The notes beneath the pieces are model-generated. The model had not been told where the DNA came from. It did no database searches and worked only from the letters and a program-made list of their open reading frames with translations. This document shows positions 49,247 to 62,400 of a DNA stretch of 64,000 nucleotides, in pieces. The position numbers were made by a program, and so were the translations under genes. The first letter of the stretch is position 1. The number at the start of each line of letters is the position of its first letter. Source of the stretch: Convolutriloba macropyga (Eukaryota); NCBI RefSeq assembly GCF_964194025.1, contig NC_134478.1:36642001-36706000 (forward strand), given 5' to 3'.

Positions 49247-52200
49247 TCAGACTTGAGCTGATTGCGTAGAATCTGTTCCCATCAAAACAGCTCTGAATGT
49301 TTCCACCTTCGATACGGGTAAAGATTTCGTGAAGATTGCGGCTGCCATTTTGTCAGTAGGAACGTAACAAACCGAAATCGTCCCATTTTCCGTCTTGTCC
49401 CGAATGAAGTGAAATTTTGCTCTCAATTTATTTGCTCCTCTGTGCATGACTGTGTTTTGGCACAATTTAATACAACTCTGGTTGTCCACTCCATTTGCTA
49501 TTGGATGTTTCTGTTGGATGCCGAAAACCTCCAGAACATTTCATATACATTTCAGAACATTTCAAATACCTCCAGAACAGTTTCATATACAATGCTCCTT
49601 GAACCTCCAGAACATTTCATATACCTCCAGAACAGTTTCATATACAATGCTCCTTGAAATGCTGCTGTCATGCCCTGATATTCTGCTTCTGATGAAGTAA
49701 GAGCAACTGTGACCTGCTTCTTGACGCCCCAGCTGAGTGCTGCGCCACATCCGTTGAGCTTGAAGTAGTAGCCCGTCGTTGATTCTCTGTCGTTCACGTC
49801 ACCAGACCGGTCTGCATCACTTTCCCCCATTAAATCATAACTAGCTTCTTTTGTGTAAGTAAATTATAAACGTTTTGAACCTCGAAGGTATCACAAAAGT
49901 CTTTTTCCGCACATCCAGTGTTGATTGGTAGGTGCTTTCATGTGTCTGGACAGAATGTTGACTGTGAACATGATATCTGGCCGCCTCTCTTTGGCCAGAT
50001 ACAGAAGTGATCCAACCAAGCTTCTGTAGATCCTCTGGTCCACCTCCTCGTCTCCACCTTCTGTGCTGTCTGATGTTTCAATTTCAAATCAACTGGAGTT
50101 CTTAAAGGTTCGCATTGATCCATTTCAAACCGTTCAAGCGTTTTTTCGATGTAGCGTTCTTGGTCGACTGTGACTCTGCCCTCTTCCTGTCTGATTCCTA
50201 GACCCGAAAACCAGTGTATTCTCCCTCTGTGTTCCATGTGAAATGTTGCTTCGAGTGCTTTTTTGACATCGGAGATCTCTGTCACGCTTCTTGATGCCAC
50301 TATGGTGTCGTTAACCCAGACCAAGATGAAGGTGTGACCCTTTGTCTCTGCTCTTGCGTGCAAGCAATGGTCATTCCTGCTTCTGGTGAACCCTGTCTCA
50401 GTAGGAAGTTTGCCAGTTCCCTATGCCAGTTTTTAGCTGCCTGTTTAAGACAATAAATTGATTTATTATGTTGCCATACTAACTTCTCTCCATCTGATCC
50501 TTGAAACTCCTGTGGCTGTTCCAGATACACTTCTTCCTCTATTGGTGAGTGCAGGAAAGCCGTCTCGACATCAAACTGGTGCATCACATGGCCTTGCTTC
50601 GCCGATAGTTGAAGTAGAATCCTGAATGTCTGTGGCTTACAGGTAGGCGCAAAAGACTCAAAGTAGTGCGGTCCTTCCATAGTTTGAAACCTTTCTCCAC
50701 ATAGCGTGCTTTGTATTTGTCCACTTGACCACTGAGCCCCAATTTCACTTGGTAGACCCATTTGCCCAGTACGTCCATGTCTGTGGGTGGTCTCAATAGG
50801 TGACAAATTTCGTTGTCTTGGAGTGCCTTGACCTCGTCGTTCATTGCCCGGTGCCACTGGTCCCAACCATCACCATGCTTGGCTTCGTAGATTGTTTTGG
50901 GTTCTACATAGTCACCCTCAGTCACAGCAATATGGTTATTCCATCTCCAAAAAATTGCGGAAAATTCTTTGCTCGTATCCCTCGTCTGGGCTCTGCCCTG
51001 TCCGCTTGCTCCAGTGCCTCTTCAAAGATGCCAGCTGTCTCTGTCAGAAGTCCTCCGTTTCACTGTCTTCCGGTGACTCCGAGTCTCTGAGACTCCATTT
51101 TGTTGCAGTAGATTCTTCATCCAGTGCTGCTTTCTCAACATCTGAGGCATCTCGTCTCAGTGTCGTTTCTTGAGTGTTCACGTTTTCTGCGCCATGCCAC
51201 TCCTCCGTTATTGCAGTAGATGTGCCCTGCTCACCTTTGTTGCCATCGTTTTGATGACCATCATCTGGGTGCCGGATCCCTAGTTGCTGTGACCCCTCAT
51301 CTAGTAGGTCAGGCGTCTCTGTATTGTCAGGGTTTGAGACCACTTCGACTCCTTGATGATGACATCTCGAAGTGCCATAACTTTGCGCGTGTTGGGTATG
51401 TACACCAGGTATCCGTTGTCTCCTTCAGTGTAATCCACAAATTTTCCTTCCAGTGAGTGCCTTGCTGGGCATTTCCTTCGCATCAGCCCTGCTGGGCATT
51501 TTTCTTTTACTCATCTCACAACCAAGTTCCTGATCCTTATTAAGTGGAGAATTGCTGCTCCGCACATAATCTTGGGAAGATCCGAGTCAAAGAGCAAGCA
51601 TCCTGCCATCTTCAGCAGTGCCCTGTTGCACCTCTCAGCTAAACCATTCTGTTGTGGCGTATATGGTATGGTTTTCTCCTTTAGAATGCCTGCATCTAAA
51701 CAGTACATCTTGAACTGCTCCGAGAGAAACTCCTTCGCATTGTCTTGTCTCAGCTTCTTGGGCGTCTCCACACTGAGAACAAACTTCTTCAGGCTGGGCA
51801 GTTCTTCACTCTTTGCCTTAAGCAAGTCCACAAACACAAACTTTGTGTACTGGTCTGCAAACACAATGCTGAACTGGAACCCTGACAGTGACTCTACTCT
51901 GATAGGTCCCATCACGTCTGGGAGGACCCTCTCCAGCTTATCTTCTGCTTGGGTCTCTGCTATCCTTGGTACTGGATTCTTCGTGATATTGGCCAAGGCG
52001 CACACATTGCATATATCATCGAGTTCCCACACTGTCTCTGGTGTATTCCTGACCACATCCGCTTGATTCAAATGACGCAATCGTCTGTGCCACTTCCTTG
52101 CACTGTCAAGTTTCACGCTGTCGGAACTCTCTTAAATTCTAGAACGCTGCAGGGTAAATATAACAAATAATTTTCTTGTGTTAGTTCTACCCAAGTTCCT

Positions 52201-53393
52201 TCTGGAGTTTCATGCAGCTATTTCCCTTCTCGAAAGTGAAGCTTTGTCCCCACTCCGTCTGATAAGAGGTTTGAAGACTGATAAGAGCTTTGAAGAGTAG
52301 TCCGGCACACGCAAAATCTTTTTGAAATCGCATTGGATTTGCCCTTTGTTCGAGGAGATGCTGATCCTCACACAGCCTCTGCCCGCCACACTGGAGGGCT
52401 CTCTGTTGGGATTTTTGACCACTGATTGAATGCGCACAAATTCTAGGAGCGCATCGATGTTCGTCACTATGTGATCTGTACAACCACTGTCCACTTGCAT
52501 GCTTCCTGTCTTTCACTGGGTAAGAGAGCCAATGTTGAACCATTGCCACTGACTCATGTTTGCCTTCATCTCTTTTTCTTTTGCATGCCCTGTCTAGGTG
52601 ACCTTTCTCACCACACTTGCTGCATTGTGTTGTCCTCTTCCTCCTGCAGTCCTTGGCAAAGTCTCCAGAGATCCCACACACAAAGCAGTTTCCTTTCTCG
52701 GGTCCCTTCTTGAAGTCACGCTTCACTGCCAGTGCCACTGAAACACTTTCTCCTTTGTGCCTCTGTGCTGTGCTCTCATGTAAGTTCTGCAGCCTTTTCT
52801 TCAACTCTCTGCAGTTCGTTACCGGTTAAAGCTTTCCTGTATAACAAAACTTTCTTACCTCATTGGCAGACCATTGAGGACCAGGGCGTTGAAGAGGGCC
52901 TCTGAGACTGCTTCCGCTGCTTCTTGTAGCCTTGTGAGCAACTCCTGTCCTCTGATGAAGAAGCTATCCAAATCCTCAGCATCCTTGAGCTGCAGTTGAG
53001 CAAGCTGTGTCACCAAAGTCACTACTGTCGGCGGTTCTACAATCTGAAATTTCTCTTGCATCTCCACTGCCGTCATTTCCCACACGTCATGTCTCATCAG
53101 CATAAAGGTTGTTGCATCTAGCGTCAGTGCCAGAGAGCACCACACATTGCTACGTTTCTCTATGATGTCTGCAACTTCCTTCTCGAATGCATCCTTCAGC
53201 ACCCTGTGGTTCTTCTTTTCATCATAGCTCACCCCATTGGCTAGTGGTGCAGGCTTATTGGGTTGCTCTTCTGTCGGAAGTAGTGATTTGTAGAGTCCCT
53301 TCGTCTGCATCATTGCCACAAAGCTTGTGCTCAAGATTGGAAGGTCCTGTGCCTTTCTTGTAAGGTCAGCAGCTTCACTGACTGTTGATACAT
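49247..53393 (-). pseudogene. Copia-2 gag-pol polyprotein, multiply frameshifted
   Basis: ORF-track pieces 52855-53334, 52187-52804, 52210-52500, 51511-52116, 50584-50925, 50300-50866, 49938-50363, 49552-49830 and 49247-49489. Confidence 0.9.
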
Positions 53394-53494
53394 CAAAGTT
53401 TGAGCAGGCAAAACAGTTGTTAAAAGAAAAGGTACTAAGCAGAAAAGGATTATGAATGTCAACAATAAATTAGAAAGTTGCTGAGCACATAAGC

Positions 53495-54093
53495 TGTTGG
53501 GTTATGGGTTTTTGCAAGTGGAATAAAAAGAGTATTTAACTAAGTAGAAAATATAATTTCTAAAAATGAGAGAATAAAAAGAATGATATTTTACAGTAGA
53601 ATTTAGAGATTTACAGGAGAGATCTGATTATTCGATCAAGATGGTGCTTTGAGTTTGGGGATTAAAAAAGGCTCAAAAAAGGCTCAAATACCCAAAGACA
53701 CAAAACTAATCGTAGCACCATGGTTTACAGTGGGGGTCTCAAGGGTTACCCAAAATGGTTTACTTCTGCAAATTACCCAGAAATCCGTCGCAGGGGGTAC
53801 CATAGATGGTATGCATTTACACTTTTCTTAGAACTCGTTCAAAATTCCGGTTGTATTATGATCATTCAGTAAATGTTGGGAAGATTTTACATCAAATAAT
53901 CTCACTCTAATAATAGTCATCTACATTCACCAATTTGAAACGATTTTTGATTCTAAGCACCATTTCTTGACGGTTCATTTATATAATTTTTCTGATGAAA
54001 ATCAATTTGCTTTTGTCTTTCTAATCTCGTAAGTTAAACTTTCTTTCTAATTCTCACTAAATTTAAGACTATAGTTTGATCGATATTCTAACA
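53495..54093 (-). repeat. Copia-2 5' LTR
   Basis: Diverged direct repeat of 48635-49239, flanked by PBS and TSD. Confidence 0.93.
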
Positions 54094-56406
54094 ATTTTTG
54101 ACAGATAACTATTTTTTGACAGAAGACTATTTTACGAGCAGACTGTTATGACAAAACAGCAAAAAAGTGTTCGAGATCCTTCTGGTACTTTTTTGAAAAC
54201 AATAGTTTACTAGTTTTTATCCCTGGATCAGTTCCAATCCAGTACCGGAGAGGTTTTAAGTTTCAGAAAACCTGATTACGCTCAGGTCTCGGACTATAAA
54301 CTTTTCTGTAAGTTTTTTCGCGGTTACTATTTTTCGGATAATTATTGAATTAAAAGGCAATTGCAGGCACTCACAAGCAAAGTTCATGGCCATTATAAAG
54401 GTGTAATTGACCTCTTCCATGCACATTCTCGTTTGATTAGTTTTAGGATTGAATATGAGACAAAATTTAGGACTAAATAATTGTTGCATAGCCTCAAATG
54501 CTCATAGCAAAACAAATATGCCTGAGTCAAGCGCTATTCGGTTGACTAAGGGAAGAGAGAAAAGAGTGTAATTTCAGTCTAGTAGTGATTAAAAAACATG
54601 CAAGCGGAGGTAAAACATCGAGTCTAATAAGCACGTACACTACAAATGGATGTTCAGAGTAAAATTCCGTAAAATTTGAGGGTCATGCCCCCTCTCGTAT
54701 CGTTACCCTCTCTAGTAGTCCCAGGCGTAGTCCCGCCGCTGGCTTTCCCCCAAATCGTGGTAGCCGAGCTCGTCTACAACCTCCGTCTGAGCGACCTCGA
54801 CCGCGATCTCCTGATCCTCTCGGTGGCTTGCGGCCGCTGGACAGGGGGACCTAAACTGTGTGATCCGACGTTTTCGCTCCGTTGAGGAGGTGACAGTCTC
54901 CACTGTGTTCGTCGATGGGGCTGTTGTTGCGCTGCTCCCTTGGTTTTTCTGAGGCCCCGGAACTGAAGATTGATGATGATAAGTTGTTCGCTTTTCGAGC
55001 TGCCAATTTTTAGAATTAAACAAGTTCTGGTTTATAATAGTGTTGAATAATGCTTTCTGGATTGCAGGGGACTAAAAGATGGAAAGTTGGCAAGGAAGCG
55101 AGGCTCAGGTGGTTGATTACACCGTAAAACGTCAATGCTTTTGATTGGCTCAGCTTAAGGCATATGGAAAAGTAGGATAAAAAGAGGACTCTGAAAAATT
55201 CAAAAGCAGTTGTTTCGGTCTTTTTGGAGCTTCCACAACGGACTTGGCCCTCTATCCAGCTACCTTCTCCAGAAGAATTCAATTCTATCTTCTAGCTGCA
55301 ACTCTCCTCTTCTTCCTAGTCCAGTAGCCAACAGCAGAAATGAGGTTGCCCCCTTGCAGAGGAGAAGCACAGGAACCCGGGAGAAGACCAGAAGAGCGCG
55401 AGGCTCAGCAGAAGGAGGCTCTTGCTCCCGAGAACGTTTTTGAGCACGCAATAGGCAATCTTACAGTTTTTCTTCCGACAATTTAGCATTCCGAGTAGAT
55501 ATATTACGCTTTTTCCCAATTTTTAAGCTATTTAAGTTTTTCTGATTCGGAAGTTAACCCGCAAACTTAATTTGCAACAGTTTACTACCAAAAACACAGT
55601 CAATAGTGAACCTATTTCTTAAATTCTTCTTCCTCGATATTAGAATTCTTCTATAACAAGACTTAAAACAATCACTTCAGGCTCCTTAGTGACATTATAT
55701 CTAGTCCCTGGCTAAACTATGACACCATAGGTTTCCTGTTATAGTTTGAGAGCAATTCGATAGCCCGCAGTTTGTTTTTAAAAATTGAATTTCGCTTCAT
55801 TATTCCTATAGTTGCTATTGACTGTATGTTCTGAGAGATGAACATCAGCTCCTCTAAATTCAATTTTTGAAAAAATGTTCTGGAGCAAGTAAAATGGATC
55901 GTTGTTTTACTAATTTTTTGTCAAAAAAATCAACACAATAGAGTTACACAATAACTCTGTTAAAATATATTTAACTTTTTTGGAACAATTAGACTTTTCT
56001 TTTCTCGTACAAATGAACATATCATTAAATTAAAAAGTAGCGAAGCATTAAAACATCTCATATATGGAAAAACAAGTATATTGACCAATTCATTCCTTTT
56101 CCCATAAATTCTGCCTTGCAAGTTAAAATTTGCGGGCTTTCTCTATTGAACTCAAACTCGAAATTAATTCATTATGTTCATTTTATCTATTGTATCTATC
56201 TTTAATCGCACAAATTTCCAAATATCTACCTAATAAACTTGAGCGTAATTTAAATGCGAATAATGCTATAAATCGCAAAAAATGCTAAAAGCTGGAGGCA
56301 CAAATTTTCAAAAATTAAAATTTTTCCACCAATTCTTCATTCAAATTTTTTTGTCTTGTCTCACCCATTTTCAATGTATCAGCAACAAAATGTGATTAGC
56401 ACAAGA

Positions 56407-59400
56407 CCGCTTCACATAAACGGAGTTCCTGAAACTCCTAACACCCATTTTTCGGAACATTGGAACAAGGGTGGGCAACTTATTTTGTTTGATTATTATT
56501 CGGTACTTGAAGAAAAAAATAGTAAACTTTAATCAAATTTTTGTTCAACTTTAATCAAAGTTCTATATAGATTTAAATGTCTAAATGTAGACTAGAAAGC
56601 GACAAAAAAGATCAAACACGACAAATTTATGATAGTTGTAGAAAAACTGCCGCCAATTTATGAATGACTCTCTAAAGAATTTGAATATATGTAGATTTGA
56701 TTTCAAAAATTGCAAACATAAAAAAGAGTATGAATTTGAATATTCATGTCGTTACTTTTCTGTCAGCAAAACATGTGACGCAAAGATCGGTACTCTATCA
56801 GAAATACATTAAAGGGGAACCATTTTTGTAGACCGTCAGAAGACTCAGCTGTCTCAATGAAAATTACTACTTCCAAATTCCCGCTGCACATAAACGGAGT
56901 TCCTGAATTTCCTAACACCCATTTTTCGGAACATTGGAACAAGGGTGGGCAACTTATTTTGTTTGATTATTATTCGGTACTTGAAGAAGAAAATAGTAAA
57001 CTTTAATCAAATTTTTGTTCAACTTTAATCAAAGTTCTATATAGATTTAAATGTCTAAATGTAGACTAGAAAGCGACAAAAAAGATCAAACACGACAAAT
57101 TTGTGATAGTTGTAGAAAAACTGCCGCCAATTTATGAATGACTCTCTAAAGAAATTGAATATATGTAGATTTGATTTTAAAAATTGCATATATAAAAAAG
57201 AGTGTGAATGTGAAAATTCATGTCGTTACTTTTCTGTCAGCAAAACAAGTGACGCACAGATCGGTACTCTATCAGAAATACATTAAAGGGGAATCATTTT
57301 TGTAGACCGTCAGAAGACTCAGCTGTCTCAATAAAAATTACTACTTCCAAATTCCCGCTGCACATAAAAGGAGTTCCTGAACTTCCTAACACCCATTTTT
57401 CGGAACATTGGAACAAGGGTGGGCAACTTATTTTGTTTGATTATCATTCGGTACTTGAAAAAAAATAGTAAACTTTAATCAAATTTTTGTTCAACTTTAA
57501 TTAAAGTTCTATATAGATTTAAATGTCTAAATGTGGACTAGAAAGCGACAAAAAAGATCAAACACGACAAATTTGTGATAGTTGTAAAAAAACGGCCGCC
57601 AATTTATGAATGACTCTCTAAAGAATTTGAATATATGTAGATTTGATTTTAAAAATTGCATACATAAAAAAGAGTGTGAATTTGAATATTCATGTCGTTA
57701 CTTTTCTGTCAGCAAAACAAGTGACGCACAGATCGGTACTCTATCAGAAATACATTAAAGGGGAACCAATTTTTTAGACCGTCAGAAGACTCAGCTGTCT
57801 CAATGAAAATTATTACTTCCAAATTCCCGCTGCACATGAACGGGATTACTGAACTTCCTAACACCCATTTTTCGGAACATTGGAACAGGGGTGGGCAACT
57901 TATTTTGTTTGATTATTATTCGGTACTTGAAGAAAAAAATAGTAAACTTTAATCAAATTTTTGTTCAACTTTAATCAAAGTTCTATATAGATTTAAATGT
58001 CTAAATGTAGACTAGAAAGCGACAAAAAAGATCAAACACGACAAATTTGTGATAGTTGTAGAAAAACTGCCGCCAACTTATGAATGACTCTCTAAAGAAT
58101 TTGAACATATGTAGATTTGATTTCAAAAATTGCAAACATAAAAAAGAGTATGAATTTGAATATTCATGTCGTTACTTTTCTGTCAGCAAAACATGTGACG
58201 CAAAGATCGGTACTCTATCAGAAATACATTAAAGGGGAACCATTTTTGTAGACCGTCAGAAGACTCAGCTGTCTCAATGAAAATTACTACTTCCAAATTC
58301 CCGCTGCACATAAACGGAGTTCCTGAATTTCCTAACACCCATTTTTCGGAACATTGGAACAAGGGTGGGCAACTTATTTTGTTTGACTATTATTCGGTAC
58401 TTGAAGAAAAAAATAGTAAACTTTAATCAAATTTTTGTTCAACTTTAATCAAAGTTCTATATAGATTTAAATGACTAAATGTAGACTAGAAAGCGACAAA
58501 AAAGGTCAAACACGAGAAATTTGTGATAGTTGTAGAAAAACTGCCGCCAATTTATGAATGACTCTCTAAAGAAATTGAATATATGTAGATTTGATTTTAA
58601 AAATTGCATATATAAAAAAGAGTGTGAATGTGAAAATTCATGTCGTTACTTTTCTGTCACCAAAACAAGTGACGCACAGATCGGTACTCTATCAGAAATA
58701 CATTAAAGGGGAACCATTTTTGTAGACCGTCAGAAGACTCAGCTGTCTCAATAAAAATTACTACTTCCAAATTCCCGCTGCACATAAACGGAGTTCCTGA
58801 ACTTCCTAACACCCATTTTTCGGAACATTGGAACAAGGGTGGGCAACTTATTTTGTTTGATTATCATTCGGTACTTGAAGAAAAAAATAGTAAACTTTAA
58901 TCAAAATTTTGTTCAACTTTAATTAAAGTTCTATATAGATTTAAATGTCTAAATGTGGACTAGAAAGCGACAAAAAAGATCAAACACGACAAATTTGTGA
59001 TAGTTGTAAAAAAACGGCCGCCAATTTATGAATGACTCTCTAAAGAATTTGATTATATGTAGATTTGATTTTAAAAATTGCATACATAAAAAAGAGTGTG
59101 AATTTGAATATTCATGTCGTTACTTTTCTGTCAGCAAAACAAGTGACGCACAGATCGGTACTCTATCAGAAATACATTAAAGGGGAACCAATTTTTTAGA
59201 CCGTCAGAAGACTCAGCTGTCTCAATGAAAATTATTACTTCCAAATTCCCGCTGCACATAAACGGGATTACTGAACTTCCTAACACCCATTTTTCGGAAC
59301 ATTGGAACAGGGGTGGGCAACTTATTTTGTTTGATTATTATTCGGTACTTGAAGAAAAAAATAGTAAACTTTAATCAAATTTTTGTTCAACTTTAATCAA

Positions 59401-62400
59401 AGTTCTATATAGATTTAAATGTCTAAATGTAGACTAGAAAGCGACAAAAAAGATCAAACACGACAAATTTGTGATAGTTGTAGAAAAACTGCCGCCAATT
59501 TATGAATGACTCTCTAAAGAAATTGAATATATGTAGATTTGATTTTAAAAATTGCATATATAAAAAAGAGCGTGAATGTGAAAATTCATGTCGTTACTTT
59601 TCTGTCAGCAAAACAAGTGACGCACAGATCGGTACTCTATCAGAAATACATTAAAGGGGAACCATTTTTGTAGACCGTCAGAAGACTCAGCTGTCTCAAT
59701 AAAAATTACTACTTCCAAATTCCCGCTGCACATAAACGGAGTTCCTGAACTTCCTAACACCCATTTTTCGGAACATTGGAACAAGGGTGGGCAACTTTTT
59801 TTGTTTGATTATCATTCGGTACTTGAAGAAAAAATAGTAAACTTTAATCAAATTTTGTTCAACATTAATCAAAGTTCTATATAGATTTAAATGGCTAAAT
59901 GTGGACTAGAGAGCGACAAAAAAGATCAAACACGACAAATTTGTGATAGTTGTAGAAAAACGGCCGCCAATTTTTGAATGACTCTCTAAAGAATTTGAAT
60001 ATATGTAGATTTGATTTTAAAATTTGCATACATAAAAAAGAGTGTGAATGTAAATATTCATGTCGTTATTTTTCTGTCAGCAAAACAAGTGACGCACAGA
60101 TCGGTACTCTATCAGAAATACATTAAAGGGGAACATTTTTGTAGACCGTCAGAAGACTCAGCTGTCTCAATGAAAATTACTACTTCCAAATTCCCGCTGC
60201 ACATAAACGGAGTTCCTGAACTTCCTAACACCCATTTTTCGGAACATTGGAACAAGGGTGGGCAACTTATTTTGTTTGATTATTATTCGGTACTTGAAGA
60301 AAAAAATAGTAAACTTTAATCAAATTTTTGTTCAACTTTAATCAAAGTTCTATATAGATTTAAGTGTCTAAATGTGGACTAGAAAGCGACAAAAAAGATC
60401 TAACACGACAAATTTGTGATAGTTGTAGAAAAACTACCGCCAATTTATGAATGACTCTCTAAAGAATTTTAATATCTGTAGATTCGATTTTAAAAATTGC
60501 ATACATAAAAAAGAGTGTGAATGTGAATATTCATGTCGTTAATTTTCTGTCAGCAAAACAAGTGACGCACAGATCGGTACTCAATCAGAAACACATTAGA
60601 CGGGAACCATTTTTGTAGACCGTCAGAAGACTCAGCTGTCTCAATGAAAACTACTACTTCCAAATTCCCGCTGCACATAAACGGAGTTCCTGAACTTCCT
60701 AGCACCCATTTTTTGGAACATTGGAACAAGGGTGGGCAACTTATTTTGTTTGATTAGTATTTGGTACTTGAAGAAAGAATTAGTAAACTTTAATCAAATT
60801 TTTGTTCAACTTTAGTCAAAGTTCTATATAGATTTAAATGTCTAAATGTAGACTAGAAAGCGACAAAAAAGATCAAACACGACAAATTTGTGAGAGTTGT
60901 AGAAAAACTGCCACCAATTTATGAATGACTCTCTAAAAAATTTGAATATATGTAGATTTGATTTCAAAAATTGCATACATAAAAAAGAGTGTGAATGTGA
61001 ATATTTATGTCGTCACTTTTCTGTCAGCAAAACAAGTGACGTACAGATCGGTACTCTATCAGAAATACACTAAACGGGAACCATTTTTGTAGACCGTCAG
61101 AAAACTCAGCTGTCTCAATGAAAATTACTACTTCCAAATTCCCGCTTCACATAAACGGAGTTCCTGAACTTCCTAACATCCATTTTTCGGAACATTGGAA
61201 CACGGGTGGGCAACTTATTTTGTTTGATTATTTTTCGGTACTTGAAGAAAAAAATAGTAAACTTTAATCAAATTTTTGTTCATTTTTAATCAAAGTTCTA
61301 TATAGATTTAAATGTCTAAATGTAGAATAGAAAGCGACAAAAAAGATCAAACACGTCAAATTTGTGATAGTTGTAGAGAAAATGCCGCCAATTTATGAAT
61401 GACTCTCTAAAGAATTTTAATATTTGTAGATTTGATTTTAAAAATTGCATACATAAAAAAGAGTGTGAATGTGAATATTCGTGTCGTTACCATTCTGTCA
61501 GCAGAACAAGTGACGCACAGATCGGTACTCTATCAGAAATACATTAAAGGGGAACCATTTTTGTAGACCGTCAAAAGACTCAGCTGTCTCAATGAAAATT
61601 ACTACTTCCAAATTCCCGCTGCACATAAACGGAGTTCCTGAACTTCCTAACAACCATTTTTCGAAACATTGGAACAAGGGTGGGCAACATATTTTGTTTG
61701 ATTATTATTCGGTACTTGAAGAAAAAAATAGTAAAATTTATTCAAATTTTTGTTCAACTTTAACCAAAGTTCTATATAGATTTAAACGTCTAAATGTAGA
61801 CTAGAAGGTGACAAAAAAGATCAAACACCACAAATTTGTGATAGTTGTAGAAAAACTGCCGCCAATTTATGAATGACTCTCTAAAGAACTTGAATATATG
61901 TAGATTTGATTTTAAAAATTGCATACATAAAAAAGAGTGTAAATGTGAATATTCATGTCGTTACTTTTCTGTCAGCAAAACAAGTGACGTACAGATCGGT
62001 ACTCTATCAGAAATACATTAAACGCGAACCATTTTTGTAGACCGTCAGAAAACTCAGCTGTCTCAACGAAAATCACTACTTCCAAATTCCCGCTGCACAT
62101 AAACGGAGTTCCTGAACTTCCTAACACCCATTTTTCGGAACATTGGAACAAGGGTTGGCAACTTATTTTGTTTGATTATTATTTGGTACTTGAAGAAAAA
62201 AATTAGTAAACTTTAATCAAATTTTTGTTCAACTTTAATCAAAGTTCTATATAGATTTAAATGTCTAAATGAAGAATAGAAAGCGACAAAAAAGATCAAA
62301 CACGAAAAATTTGTGATAGTTGTAGAAAAACTGCCGCCAATTTATGAATGACTCTCTAAAGAATTTGAATATATGTAGATTTGATTTTAAAAATTGCAGA

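Larger units (their letters stand above)
48635..54093 (-). mobile_element. Full-length, decayed Ty1/Copia LTR retrotransposon (Copia-2)
   Basis: LTRs 48635-49239 and 53495-54093 (TG...CA); 5-bp TSD ATTTT (48630-48634, 54094-54098); degenerate PBS GCTTATGTGCTCAGC; PPT GAGTGGAGG. Domains: gag with two CCHC-type knuckles, protease VDSGCTDH, IN (RQDNAKEF, QNGLAER), RT (KYKARYV, HQFDVETAFL), RNase H (SDAD, EAEY, DNQSCI, AIFTKSLP). Confidence 0.97.

Noticed and set aside
49527-49660. Short tandem repeats (ACCTCCAGAACA...) inside Copia-2 RNase H
   Set aside because: Local slippage duplication in a dead element; no sign of function.
60011-61804. ORFs in the 474-bp satellite
   Set aside because: Open in only some copies and without domain similarity.
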